From contig VGEY01000002.1 in assembly GCA_016869075.1 (NCBI GenBank), positions 72,878 to 136,877 of the forward strand: 64,000 bases of DNA, read 5' to 3'. The translations under genes were made by a program, and so were the position numbers. Within the stretch, counting starts at the first letter, position 1, and each line of letters begins with the position of its first letter. The stretch is from Alphaproteobacteria bacterium (lineage in GTDB: Bacteria > Pseudomonadota > Alphaproteobacteria > Paracaedibacterales > VGCI01). The notes under the pieces were generated by a model. That model worked only from the letters and a program-made list of their open reading frames with translations, searched no databases and was not told where the DNA came from. Positions 46,226 through 55,534 of the stretch are shown piece by piece.

Positions 46226-47149
46226 CTATTCTGAGTCTGATCCCATCGTTACAAGCTTTTGAATTCCCTTAAGACTCAGGCGTTTTACACGTCGAGGATC
46301 TGCGTCAATGACTTCAATCTCTAGTCCTGCAGGGTGCGTGATAAGCTCCCCCCTGATAGGTACGCGCCCAACAAGTGCTACGACAAGCCCCCCGAGGGTA
46401 TCGATTTCATCCTCTAATCCTTCAATAATAAGATTAACCCCATATTTTTCGGAAATTTCTTCAAGGGTCACACGTGCATCTGCCAAAATGCTTCCATCTG
46501 AACGTTCAACGAGTTGATAAACTGGTGAGCGGTCTTGAGCGTCTTGAATGTCTCCGATAATTTCCTCTATTAAATCATGAAAAGTTACCAAGCCATCGAC
46601 ACCGCCGAATTCATCGACAACCATAGCCATTTTTGTTCCTGTTTCACGCATCTTAAAGAGCAAGTCCATTGTCCGCATTGTAGGAGAAACAAACAGGACA
46701 TCTTTAACAAGTGACTTTATATTTAATGCTTTTTTTGTAAGGGCCCAGCTGAGTACATCTTTTATTTCAATAATGCCGAAAACATCGTCCAAACTGTCTC
46801 GATATACGGGAACACGGGAAAGACGGGACCGCGTTAACACCGTCAGCAATTCAGAAGTCGTTATATTCAAAGGAATAGCGACGATATCTACCCGAGGAAC
46901 CATGACATCATCTGCTGTGAGATCTCGTAAACTCAGAACATTGCCCAGGAGCAAGCGTTCATCTAAATCTATAGAAGGGTTATCTTCATTATCTTCAATT
47001 AATTCCTCGATGGTTTCTCTTAAGTTACTGTCTGCGTCAGAACGTACCAAGCCTCGTGTTTTCTCTTTAAGCCATAAAAAAAATTTTTTAATTCTGGTAG
47101 GTCCCGGTTCAGAATCAGGCATACTAGTCGTGGTCATGGTATTTATCAT
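46226..47149 (-). CDS. corC: CorC/TlyC-family CBS-domain protein (hemolysin C-like, Mg/Co efflux-associated)
   Basis: CBS pair followed by a CorC_HlyC C-terminal domain (GGLVVALVGRVP..GE). The likely true start is ATG 47122 (MPDSEPG), 1 nt after the ybeY stop. Confidence 0.85.
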   Translation of the reverse strand: MINTMTTTSMPDSEPGPTRIKKFFLWLKEKTRGLVRSDADSNLRETIEELIEDNEDNPSIDLDERLLLGNVLSLRDLTADDVMVPRVDIVAIPLNITTSELLTVLTRSRLSRVPVYRDSLDDVFGIIEIKDVLSWALTKKALNIKSLVKDVLFVSPTMRTMDLLFKMRETGTKMAMVVDEFGGVDGLVTFHDLIEEIIGDIQDAQDRSPVYQLVERSDGSILADARVTLEEISEKYGVNLIIEGLEDEIDTLGGLVVALVGRVPIRGELITHPAGLEIEVIDADPRRVKRLSLKGIQKLVTMGSDSE

Positions 47150-47657
47150 GCTCCTTATAAGGGTTTGGGATATTTAAAGTAGATAAAATGCTTACTTCCA
47201 AAGATTCCATGTTAATGGCATCTTCTTCTTTTTGATGATCATAACCTAATAGATGGAGAACCCCATGGACAATGAGATGTTTAACGTGGTGTTCAAAGAG
47301 TATATTCTGCTCTAAAGATTCTTGTTGCAGAGTCTCAAAGGCTAGAACAATATCCCCTAAAATGATCGTATCTTTAGTTTTTTCTTTCCTGTAAGAAGAG
47401 ATTTCATCAGCTTCTAAGCTCGGAAAGGATAGGACATTGGTAGGTTTATCAATCCCGCGAAACTTTTTATTAAGTTCGTGAACAGCAACATTGTCAGATA
47501 ATAAAATATTGATTTCTGCAGAGCTTTTCCAAAGCGATTGGCGTAATGTTTCTAATACAACGGGCTGAATTAAAGTTTCCCATTGAGAGGCTGGTGCTTT
47601 CCAGCATGGTTTGTCCACAATAACTGCAATATCATAAGACGATTCAGGGTCTGGCAT
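47124..47657 (-). CDS. ybeY: rRNA maturation endoribonuclease YbeY
   Basis: 177 aa with the HGVLHLLGYDH zinc-binding motif. Confidence 0.93.
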   Translation of the reverse strand: MPDPESSYDIAVIVDKPCWKAPASQWETLIQPVVLETLRQSLWKSSAEINILLSDNVAVHELNKKFRGIDKPTNVLSFPSLEADEISSYRKEKTKDTIILGDIVLAFETLQQESLEQNILFEHHVKHLIVHGVLHLLGYDHQKEEDAINMESLEVSILSTLNIPNPYKEHDKYHDHD

Positions 47658-47659
47658 TC

Positions 47660-48655
47660 TTAGTAGTCAACCTGATTAAGTCGATTTTTTGTATATTGAT
47701 CATAAGCATACACAATTTTTGAAACAAGAGAATGACGTACAACATCATCCTCACCAAAAGTAAGATAACCAATTTCCTTAACACCTTCAAGTGCGCGTAT
47801 GGCATCCTTTAATCCTGACAAGACACCAGCTGGTAAATCTACTTGCGTCAGATCCCCAGTAATGACCATACGAGAATTCATTCCAAGACGTGTCAAAAAC
47901 ATTTTCATTTGAATTGGGGTTGTATTTTGAGCCTCATCTAAAATGACGAAAGCATTACTCAACGTACGACCTCTCATAAAAGCAAGGGGAGCAACTTCAA
48001 TTTCACCGTTACTCATCCGTTTTACCACTTGCTCAGCTGGCAACATATCATGCATAGCATCATAAAGTGGCCTCAAATAGGGGTCTACTTTTTCACGCAT
48101 ATCCCCTGGCAAAAATCCTAGTTTTTCCCCAGCTTCTACCGCCGGCCTCGATAAAATAATCCTATCGATCTGACCTGAGAGCAACAAAGAGACACCGTAA
48201 GCCACAGCGAGATATGTTTTACCTGTTCCAGCAGGACCTAATCCAAAAACCAAATCGTAGGTTTGCATCATTTTAATATATTCTGCTTGACGAACAGAAC
48301 GGGGAAACACAATGCGGCGTTTTGTGGGAATGGAGATTTCCCCTGCTTCACTTGTAATGCCGTCACGGTCAAATGTTACTGAGGCACTCACAAGTCGAAT
48401 GGATGTATCGACATCTTCTATTTCAAGTGATCTACCTTTTAAAAATTGCGAAAATAAATACTGAAGAGCTGATTTAGCATACGTAATTTCAGGCTCATTT
48501 CCTGTAATAGCAATCTGATTGCCACGTAATGCGATTGAAACACTTAATTTTTGTTCCATTCGCTTAATGTTACGATCTTGTGGACCAACAAGGGACATCA
48601 ATCCTTGATTATCGTCGAATTCTATGAAAATGGTCTGTGAAACATCTGCGGTCAA
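47660..48655 (-). CDS. phoH: PhoH-family ATPase (YbeZ-like)
   Basis: 331 aa. Walker A GPAGTGKTYLAV, Walker B FVILDEAQN, conserved GDLTQVDLP. Confidence 0.92.
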   Translation of the reverse strand: MTADVSQTIFIEFDDNQGLMSLVGPQDRNIKRMEQKLSVSIALRGNQIAITGNEPEITYAKSALQYLFSQFLKGRSLEIEDVDTSIRLVSASVTFDRDGITSEAGEISIPTKRRIVFPRSVRQAEYIKMMQTYDLVFGLGPAGTGKTYLAVAYGVSLLLSGQIDRIILSRPAVEAGEKLGFLPGDMREKVDPYLRPLYDAMHDMLPAEQVVKRMSNGEIEVAPLAFMRGRTLSNAFVILDEAQNTTPIQMKMFLTRLGMNSRMVITGDLTQVDLPAGVLSGLKDAIRALEGVKEIGYLTFGEDDVVRHSLVSKIVYAYDQYTKNRLNQVDY

Positions 48656-48675
48656 ATAAATCCCCTTTTATCTTC

Positions 48676-50094
48676 TCAGATACAAAAACTCTCGTTTTCA
48701 TGCGTTACCATACTTCCCGATATACTATTAGGATGGGCCTGATCGATACATACGTCAATAACCTGTCCTAATAATCTCTCAGAAGCCATAACTACAACAG
48801 ACTGCATATAGGGAGAACGCCCAATAAATTGGCCATTTAAGCGCCCTTTTCTTTCAAGAAGGACCGGCTGTGTTGTTCCAACGGTTTGTAGGTTAAATGC
48901 CAACTGCTGCTTATTCACCAACTCTTGTAAAATTGCCAAGCGTTCAGCCTTAATATTTTCCTCTATTTGATTTTCTAAAGCTCCTGCGGGTGTTCCAGGC
49001 CGAATGCTATATTTAAATGAATAGCTCTGGGCGTAATTTATGTTCCGTATTAAGCTAAGCGTATCCTCAAAATCTTGATCGGTCTCACCCGGAAAACCAA
49101 CAATAAAATCAGAGGAGAGAGCTATGTCTGGCCGAGCGCTTTTTAACTGGTCAATGATAGCAAAGTATTGCTGAGCGGTGTGTTTACGGTTCATTGCTTC
49201 GAGAATTTTATTACTTCCAGATTGCACGGGTAAATGAAGAAACGGCATGAGTGCTGGAACTTCTCGGTGGGCGTCAATGAGATTCTTATCCATATCGCGC
49301 GGATGGGAAGTGGTATATCTAATGCGCTCCACTCCTAAGTCGGCTAAAGCATAAATCAACCGACCTAATCCCCATTCTTGCTCACCAGAAGTTGTCCCTT
49401 GGGGTGCTTGGCCATGATAAGCATTTACATTTTGACCCAAAAGGGTTATTTCCTTAGCTCCTAAAGAAAGCATGTGCTTTGCTTCCTTTAAAATTTCTGT
49501 GACAGGCCGCGAATATTCTGCTCCCCGCGTATAAGGAACCACACAAAATGTACAAAATTTATCACACCCTTCTTGGACTGAGATAAAAGCACTCGCACGT
49601 GATTCCTCTGTTTGTGGCAAATGGTCAAACTTCGATTCCAAGGGGAATTCAACATCAACAATCCCGAGCCCTCTTTTCTGATTTGGCTTTTTCGTCTTTT
49701 CTGCAGCTCGTGTTGCTTTGGCAATCATTTCAGGAAGTCGATGATAGGTCTGCGGGCCAAACACAATGTCAACATACGGAGCTTGACGTATAATTTCAGC
49801 TCCTTCGGCTTGTGCTACGCATCCCCCAACCGCAATGACCATGTCCGCCCCTTGCGACCTTCGGACATCTCTTTTGTCCCGTAATCGCCCGAGATCGGAA
49901 AAAACTTTCTGTTCAGCTTTTTCTCTAATATGACAAGTATTTAATATTGTCATGTCAGCTTCATCGGGATTATCAGTAAGAATATATCCAAGGGGAGTTA
50001 AGATATCGGCCATACGTTCAGAATCGTATACGTTCATCTGACAACCGTATGTCTTTATATAGAGCTTTTTTTTCAGAAGAGTTTGAGGAAACAT
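48676..50094 (-). CDS. miaB: tRNA-2-methylthio-N6-dimethylallyladenosine synthase
   Basis: 472 aa. UPF0004 N-terminus (TYGCQMN), radical-SAM CDKFCTFC, C-terminal TRAM domain. Confidence 0.93.
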   Translation of the reverse strand: MFPQTLLKKKLYIKTYGCQMNVYDSERMADILTPLGYILTDNPDEADMTILNTCHIREKAEQKVFSDLGRLRDKRDVRRSQGADMVIAVGGCVAQAEGAEIIRQAPYVDIVFGPQTYHRLPEMIAKATRAAEKTKKPNQKRGLGIVDVEFPLESKFDHLPQTEESRASAFISVQEGCDKFCTFCVVPYTRGAEYSRPVTEILKEAKHMLSLGAKEITLLGQNVNAYHGQAPQGTTSGEQEWGLGRLIYALADLGVERIRYTTSHPRDMDKNLIDAHREVPALMPFLHLPVQSGSNKILEAMNRKHTAQQYFAIIDQLKSARPDIALSSDFIVGFPGETDQDFEDTLSLIRNINYAQSYSFKYSIRPGTPAGALENQIEENIKAERLAILQELVNKQQLAFNLQTVGTTQPVLLERKGRLNGQFIGRSPYMQSVVVMASERLLGQVIDVCIDQAHPNSISGSMVTHENESFCI

Positions 50095-50206
50095 CCGATC
50101 CTAGTGTTTGACGTTATGTGAAATATTAAGAGCCAGGAATTTAATACCAAGAAAACATGATGAACATTTTCTGAAGGTTTAAACCCTGGCTTCTTAATAA
50201 TAAGAG

Positions 50207-50671
50207 TTAAGCAACTTGTGAGATATTATCTACGTTCTCAACAACCTTTAATTTCTTACGACGATGACGTGACATGCCCAAACCACTCGATTTAGCTATT
50301 TCACTTCTGCGCTTCGCATAGTTAGGCGCAACAACAGGATAATCAGATGGCAACCCCCATCTCTCACGATACTGTTCCACAGACAAATTATAGACGGTCT
50401 TTAGATGGCGCTTAAGCATTTGCAATTTCTTACCATCTTCTAAGCACACAATATAATCATCAGTAATGGATTTATTAATGGGAACAGCTGGCTTTGGACG
50501 TGTTGTTAGTCCACCTTGAACACCATCAGTGCTCAGATTAGAAAGAGTCACAAAGACTTGCTGAATGACGCTAGGTAAATCTCCAATTCCTACAGTATTG
50601 TTGGAAGTATGCGCGGCAACAATTTCTGCGGTTAAACTTAACAATTCTAAGCGAATGGGTTGTTCTGACAT
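50207..50671 (-). CDS. mucR: MucR/Ros-family transcriptional regulator
   Basis: Start set at ATG 50671 (MSEQPIRLELL...). C-terminal Ros/MucR domain reads ITDDYIVCLEDGKKLQMLKRHLKTVYNLSVEQYRERWGLPSDYP.VAPNYA..RSE.AK..GLG. Confidence 0.88.
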   Translation of the reverse strand: MSEQPIRLELLSLTAEIVAAHTSNNTVGIGDLPSVIQQVFVTLSNLSTDGVQGGLTTRPKPAVPINKSITDDYIVCLEDGKKLQMLKRHLKTVYNLSVEQYRERWGLPSDYPVVAPNYAKRRSEIAKSSGLGMSRHRRKKLKVVENVDNISQVA

Positions 50672-50740
50672 AGTTTGTAAATCCTCTTTATTATATTTCA
50701 GTCTTTGATATATAAATCTAATACAGAAAAAGAACAAGTC

Positions 50741-50770
50741 TTTTTTTTTAAAATTCTTTTTTTTTTAAAA
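50741..50770. repeat. tandem T9A4 / T10A4 tract upstream of mucR
   Basis: T9-AAAA (50741-50753), TTC, then T10-AAAA (50757-50770), lying 70-100 nt upstream of the proposed mucR start. Confidence 0.7.
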
Positions 50771-50960
50771 TAGTTAGAAGTTAAGAGAAATTATGAACAA
50801 AGAAGACTCTTTGATATTAAATGAAGTTCATTTTCATGTGCGACAAAAAGTGTAGTTTTGACCTAAAAATGGGCATTTATAAAATTTATTTGAGCAAGCA
50901 AGTATTGTGAGAGAACATTGAAACACTTAGTATAGATTTTATTAAGCAAGGAATCGCTCG

Positions 50961-51533
50961 TTGATGAAAAGTCGCATGAAAAAATGGCTACCCTCTCCCA
51001 AATCTATTGGCAAAAACCCTAAATTAAAAAGTATTGTAAAGTACTTAGATCACAGCAGCTTATGGTCGTTTAGCAAACATTCTGTCTCCAAAAGCATTGC
51101 AATTGGCTTGTTTATTAATTTTCTCCCAATCCCTTTTCAAATGCTATGGGCCGCTTTATTGTCTTTATACTTTTCAGCAAATCTTCCCCTCGCCATCGCC
51201 CTTACGTGGCTTAACAATCCTCTTACTTTTATCCCCATTAATTTTTTTATGTATAAGGTTGGTTCTCTGATATTATTTCAACCTGCTCATAACTTTTCTT
51301 TTCCCGAGTTAAATGTCGGGCAAGGGGCCTCTTTAGGTGTTTTTTTTAGAGAACTTTTCATGTGGTTTGGTTCTATAGGCAAGGCCTACCTTTTAGGAGT
51401 TGCCATCGTTTCCATAGGCGCAGCTTTTTGGGGGTATGTTATTTCACAGGTTATCTGGAGCGTTGGGATCTATATAAAAGCGCGAAACAATAAAGGAAAG
51501 CGACTGCGCAGAACTTCAGTGCATAAAAAGTAA
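50961..51533 (+). CDS. DUF2062-like membrane protein
   Basis: 190 aa. Basic N-terminus, then SVSKSIAIGLFINFLPIPFQMLWAALL and three TM helices, as in DUF2062 proteins. Confidence 0.5.
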   Translation: MMKSRMKKWLPSPKSIGKNPKLKSIVKYLDHSSLWSFSKHSVSKSIAIGLFINFLPIPFQMLWAALLSLYFSANLPLAIALTWLNNPLTFIPINFFMYKVGSLILFQPAHNFSFPELNVGQGASLGVFFRELFMWFGSIGKAYLLGVAIVSIGAAFWGYVISQVIWSVGIYIKARNNKGKRLRRTSVHKK

Positions 51534-51563
51534 AACCTCTTCTTTTTTTATACAAATTAATGG

Positions 51564-52022
51564 CTATTTTAATCTAATATGACCCATCATCACGCGCGCA
51601 GAAATAAAACTCTTGTCCTCTTGCTGATAGTAGTCAGGGCGTGTTCCAACTTGGGTAAACCCAAAGGACTGATAAAGCTTATAAGCATGTTCATTGTTCT
51701 CAGCAACTTCTAAAAATACAGTAAGACATCTAATAGACGCCAAATGCGCAAACAATTTGCTGAGAAGTGAGCGGCCAATTCCTTTTCTTTGAAAAGACGG
51801 AAACACAGCAAATGTTAATATTTCTGCTTCCCTCCTCAACACTCTTGCTAAAATAAACCCAACGGGGCCCTCTTCCTGTGAGAGTGCCATCCATCCAAAT
51901 GTATGTTGTTCATTTAAGAGCTCTTTGAATGCGGTCTGACTCCATGAATTTGGGAGGCACGCCACATGAATGGATTCTAATGTTGAATCGTCATTGGGTG
52001 TTAAAGGAATGAGAGAAATCAT
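51564..52022 (-). CDS. rimI: ribosomal-protein-alanine N-acetyltransferase (GNAT)
   Basis: 152 aa. GNAT motif A is QRKGIGRSLL. 4-nt overlap with tsaB, a conserved pairing. Confidence 0.8.
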   Translation of the reverse strand: MISLIPLTPNDDSTLESIHVACLPNSWSQTAFKELLNEQHTFGWMALSQEEGPVGFILARVLRREAEILTFAVFPSFQRKGIGRSLLSKLFAHLASIRCLTVFLEVAENNEHAYKLYQSFGFTQVGTRPDYYQQEDKSFISARVMMGHIRLK

Positions 52023-52699
52023 GTATCTTGTCGAACAAATTCAGGATCATGTAAATAAAAGGGGTGCAAGGAACTTGCGAGAGTTGCGCCACTATCCTTC
52101 TCATGAAAATAAAGATGTATTAAATTTTCGGCACCCACATCTGTTGTTTGGTCTACCTGCTTCATTTTTGGATGTTGGGTTAAAAATTCTTGTATGTCTT
52201 CTGGCTCAAAAATAGCCGGCGCAATGATCGGTGCAAGAGCCCCGTCAAAAGCTTGCACATAGTAGCTGCTTCTCTTAGTCGTAAGTGTTATTAAATAAGA
52301 ATCCAGAGAATGGAGCTTTGAATGAGACTGCAAGCCTTGCTGTTTTTTCCAAGCATCAAAAGCAACCATTTGAAAGGTTGTTGGTGTATAACATTCTGCG
52401 TTTGTAGCTAAAAGCAAACCTTGGGCAGTGGCGATTCCCAACCGTAAGCCTGTAAAAGAGCCTGGTCCAGTTGGCGTTGCGATAACATGCACTTCTTGAA
52501 AAGTAATGCCTGCATCTTCCAAGAGTTTCTGAAGAGCAGGAACTAGACATGCTGCTTGACTATGCGGCCCTGTCCCTATAGGTAAAGAGAAACTTTGCAT
52601 TTTTCCAAAAGAATACAAGGCCACTGATGCTTCATCACGTGACGTATCAAAAGCAAGTATATTTACTGATTGATTAAAATTATCCAATATTGTATTCAT
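52019..52699 (-). CDS. tsaB: tRNA t6A37 threonylcarbamoyltransferase complex subunit TsaB (YeaZ)
   Basis: 226 aa. ILAFDTS...SVAL N-terminus and GPGSFTGLRLGIATAQGL block. Confidence 0.85.
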   Translation of the reverse strand: MNTILDNFNQSVNILAFDTSRDEASVALYSFGKMQSFSLPIGTGPHSQAACLVPALQKLLEDAGITFQEVHVIATPTGPGSFTGLRLGIATAQGLLLATNAECYTPTTFQMVAFDAWKKQQGLQSHSKLHSLDSYLITLTTKRSSYYVQAFDGALAPIIAPAIFEPEDIQEFLTQHPKMKQVDQTTDVGAENLIHLYFHEKDSGATLASSLHPFYLHDPEFVRQDT

Positions 52700-52739
52700 A
52701 AAATACTAATGTATTATATATTAATATCCGGGAAGTAAC

Positions 52740-53321
52740 ATGTCACAAACCAACTTAGAAACACGCCCAAATCCCAATCAAGATTCTGCACCTTCTAATA
52801 ATTCTCTTATTGAGATTACAGAATCAACTCATAATATTATTCTTGATTTACGTTATGCAACAGAAAATAACATAATAGGAAGGCCTATTGTTAATGAGTA
52901 CCGCTGTTTACTTCACCCTGATGCACTCGCTCTTTTGGAACGATCTATCGAACTCGCCAAACATCAGGGCTTACGACTTAAAATATTAGATGCGTACCGC
53001 CCAGGATATGCCCAAGAATCTCTTTGGGCTTATTGTTCTAATCCAAACTATATTACGCCTCCTGAAAAAGGGTCACCACACACACGCGGCATTGCCGTTG
53101 ACTTAACATTGGTTGACGCTTCAGGCAAAGAACTTGATATGGGTACAGAATTTGATGATCTTTCTCAAAATTCTCATCATGTGAATGCTTCAGTCTCTCA
53201 ACAAGCTGCTGCAAACCGTTATACTCTTTTGGGAATTATGGTGAGCGCAGGATGGGATTATTACCCTATGGAGTGGTGGCACTATCAAGTCTTTAATGCC
53301 CAAAAATATCCTCTCATTTAA
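52740..53321 (+). CDS. ddpX: D-alanyl-D-alanine dipeptidase (VanX/DdpX, M15D)
   Basis: 193 aa. LDLRYAT.NN, AYRP, SPHTRGIAVDLTL and EWWHY zinc/catalytic motifs. Confidence 0.85.
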   Translation: MSQTNLETRPNPNQDSAPSNNSLIEITESTHNIILDLRYATENNIIGRPIVNEYRCLLHPDALALLERSIELAKHQGLRLKILDAYRPGYAQESLWAYCSNPNYITPPEKGSPHTRGIAVDLTLVDASGKELDMGTEFDDLSQNSHHVNASVSQQAAANRYTLLGIMVSAGWDYYPMEWWHYQVFNAQKYPLI

Positions 53322-53698
53322 ATCTTGAAGCTTTCAATAAAGTTGGGTTGTTCGCTTATTTTATAGCAATTGATTGAATAATTGTAGCCTGATATGCTAA
53401 CCAAAAATTAATAATAAAAATGAACGATAACATGAAAAAATTCTTTACTTTCGCTCTTCCCCTTCTCTTCTTAGGTGAAGGCATCAGATGATATCAAAAA
53501 GATTGGAATCTATGATGCTTCTGGTGAAAAGGTAAAATAAGCCGCCCAACCTAGGTTTTTTATTATGTAAGGCTTTTTACGCCTCTTAAGATTCCATCGC
53601 TCTTGGTTTGGAGCTTCCAATGCTAATGAGATATGGTTTTGCTTATAATCTAGTCTTTATAGATATTTATCACGCATGAACTTTAAGATTCAGCATCC

Positions 53699-55360
53699 TT
53701 AACTCACAATTAAGGAGCGTGGGTCTTCAATATACTCTTCATAGAGGCGTTGATCAGCAGCATCCGGAGCGGGTGTATCTTCGATAATGCTAGCCCGCAA
53801 AAGAATAACCAGCTCCACAACTTCATCTCCGTCTGCTGTTGCTGTAAAGAGCTGACCCACCCCTGGCAAATCTCCCGCCCAAGGAACTTTGGCAGTCCCA
53901 TGCGTGGTACGTGCTTCCATCAATCCTCCTAAAATCGCAATTTCTCCCGACTGGAGGCGTAAAATAGAATCAATTTCACGCACCTCCACCACAGGAATGA
54001 GTGAAGGTTTAGGTTGAACAGTTGTGTGGGGTTTTGCATTTGCAAATGCAATTTCTACTGCCGGATCACTTACTGAATGAGAAAGACGGGAGATAGTTGG
54101 GCGCAAAGACAAAATAATGTCCCCTGTTTGCATATCTATGGAGGGCTGCACAGACATGACAAGACCGATAGGAACCGTTTGAATGTCGCTTGATACATTT
54201 ATACTTTCTCGATTGACTGTTAAATTTAATTGCTTTTCATAATTGAGGCGGAAATAGACCTGATTCTGAGCAACTTTCAAAATGGCTGTCTGATTATTCA
54301 TTACTGTTAAGCGTGGGCTTGATAAAGTCCTAGAAGCCCCAAATTCCTCAATGGCTTTAAGGAGACCCGAAAATGTTTGTCCTTGTAATCCAAAAGTGAG
54401 CATATCTGTTTGTGCGCTTGTAGGATCCATAAAGCGCCCACGTTGCGCAAAATCTCCCAGCTCCATGTCAACACGAAAAACATTGCCAGCTAATTTCTGC
54501 CAATTAATACCGCTTTTATATTGGTCTTTTAGGCTTACTTCTATAACCTTGGCTTCTATTAAAACTTGAGTTGAGACAGCATGACGCAATGTATCTAAAT
54601 AATTTGAAATCAGGGCGTGTTGACGCGAAGTTCCATAAACAGATACCAACCCACCTTGCTTGTGAAGACTGTAGCTTGATGAATTTTGGGAACCTTCCTT
54701 ATCCACAAATTCCCCTTTCAGTATCGTTTTTAAATTGTTATCTAGCTCAATCCAAAAATCATTAATGGCTTTCCCAACAATTGCTGTATTTGAGCCATTA
54801 TCAGCGGGAGATTTATTATCTTTTATGCTTGAAAAAACATCTGTTGCTATGGAAATTCGGTTTTCACTGGACCGTGCCAAATTTAAAAATTGTACAGAAT
54901 AATTGACTGGATAAGGTGTATCCATTTCTATTCGTATGGAGTGTCCATTAATTGTATAGCGTAAACCAGCAAGGTCACATATATCCTTTATCACATCAAT
55001 AAAAGGGGTTTTGTTGGCTGAGAATACAATGCGTGTCAGTATCTTCCCATCTAATTGCAAATTCACGGCTATTTGTCGAGCTAATGTTATTAAGGCATCT
55101 TTTAAAGGAACCTCATCTGTAATGTTTATGGAAACACATTGTTTCATCACTGCAGGGATGGGCCCATTGAGTTTCTTTCTGCTTTTATGAATTTCTTTTG
55201 GTGCTTTGCGTTTATTTTGAGGAGCAATTTTTAAAGCTTGGATATGTGTACTATCGAGAGATTGGTGGGAAGTAAGAGTAGCTGAACGACAAGAAACTAA
55301 GATAAAGCATTGAAGAAATAAGGTAAGAATTATGAGGTGTGTTTTCTGAATGTCTTTCAT
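53699..55360 (-). CDS. secretin-family outer-membrane channel, lipoprotein type (MshL/PilQ/GspD-like)
   Basis: 553 aa. Lipobox FILVSC. C-terminal secretin domain (SSPRLTVMNNQTA, RPTISRL, VPVVEVREIDSILRLQSGEIAILGGL, KVPWAGDLPGVGQLF). Confidence 0.8.
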   Translation of the reverse strand: MKDIQKTHLIILTLFLQCFILVSCRSATLTSHQSLDSTHIQALKIAPQNKRKAPKEIHKSRKKLNGPIPAVMKQCVSINITDEVPLKDALITLARQIAVNLQLDGKILTRIVFSANKTPFIDVIKDICDLAGLRYTINGHSIRIEMDTPYPVNYSVQFLNLARSSENRISIATDVFSSIKDNKSPADNGSNTAIVGKAINDFWIELDNNLKTILKGEFVDKEGSQNSSSYSLHKQGGLVSVYGTSRQHALISNYLDTLRHAVSTQVLIEAKVIEVSLKDQYKSGINWQKLAGNVFRVDMELGDFAQRGRFMDPTSAQTDMLTFGLQGQTFSGLLKAIEEFGASRTLSSPRLTVMNNQTAILKVAQNQVYFRLNYEKQLNLTVNRESINVSSDIQTVPIGLVMSVQPSIDMQTGDIILSLRPTISRLSHSVSDPAVEIAFANAKPHTTVQPKPSLIPVVEVREIDSILRLQSGEIAILGGLMEARTTHGTAKVPWAGDLPGVGQLFTATADGDEVVELVILLRASIIEDTPAPDAADQRLYEEYIEDPRSLIVS

Positions 55361-55461
55361 AAAGGCTTTCTTCTTGTTTCTTATTGTTGCCTGTTATGTA
55401 CTCCAAACTCATTTGCAAATTTTTCTACTTTTACGAGTAAGGATTAATTAAGAATATAAAA

Positions 55462-55490
55462 AATCCGCTTTTGAAATGCAAGAGCGGATT
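55462..55490 (-). terminator. intrinsic terminator downstream of the small TraD-like gene
   Basis: 8-bp stem (aatccgct at 55462-55469 pairs with agcggatt at 55483-55490) with a 13-nt loop. On the minus strand the hairpin is followed by a T-run. Confidence 0.55.
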
Positions 55491-55534
55491 TTAAGGGGAG
55501 AAATTAATGAGAATTTATAAGAAGATATAAGAAG

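Noticed and set aside
46773-47177. 134-aa ORF antisense to corC; similar antisense or alternate-frame ORFs lie inside trkA, ntrX, miaB, manC and the MT-GT2 fusion (for example 20644-20964, 19411-19713, 49612-49884, 43810-44155, 38689-39039)
   Set aside because: All are nested within genes that have clear homology. I see no independent evidence for overlapping genes.
50672-50737. 22-aa N-terminal extension (MFFFCIRFIYQRLKYNKEDLQT) of the MucR ORF
   Set aside because: It has hydrophobic, AT-driven composition and is not part of Ros/MucR proteins. The internal ATG 50671 gives the usual MSEQ... N-terminus.
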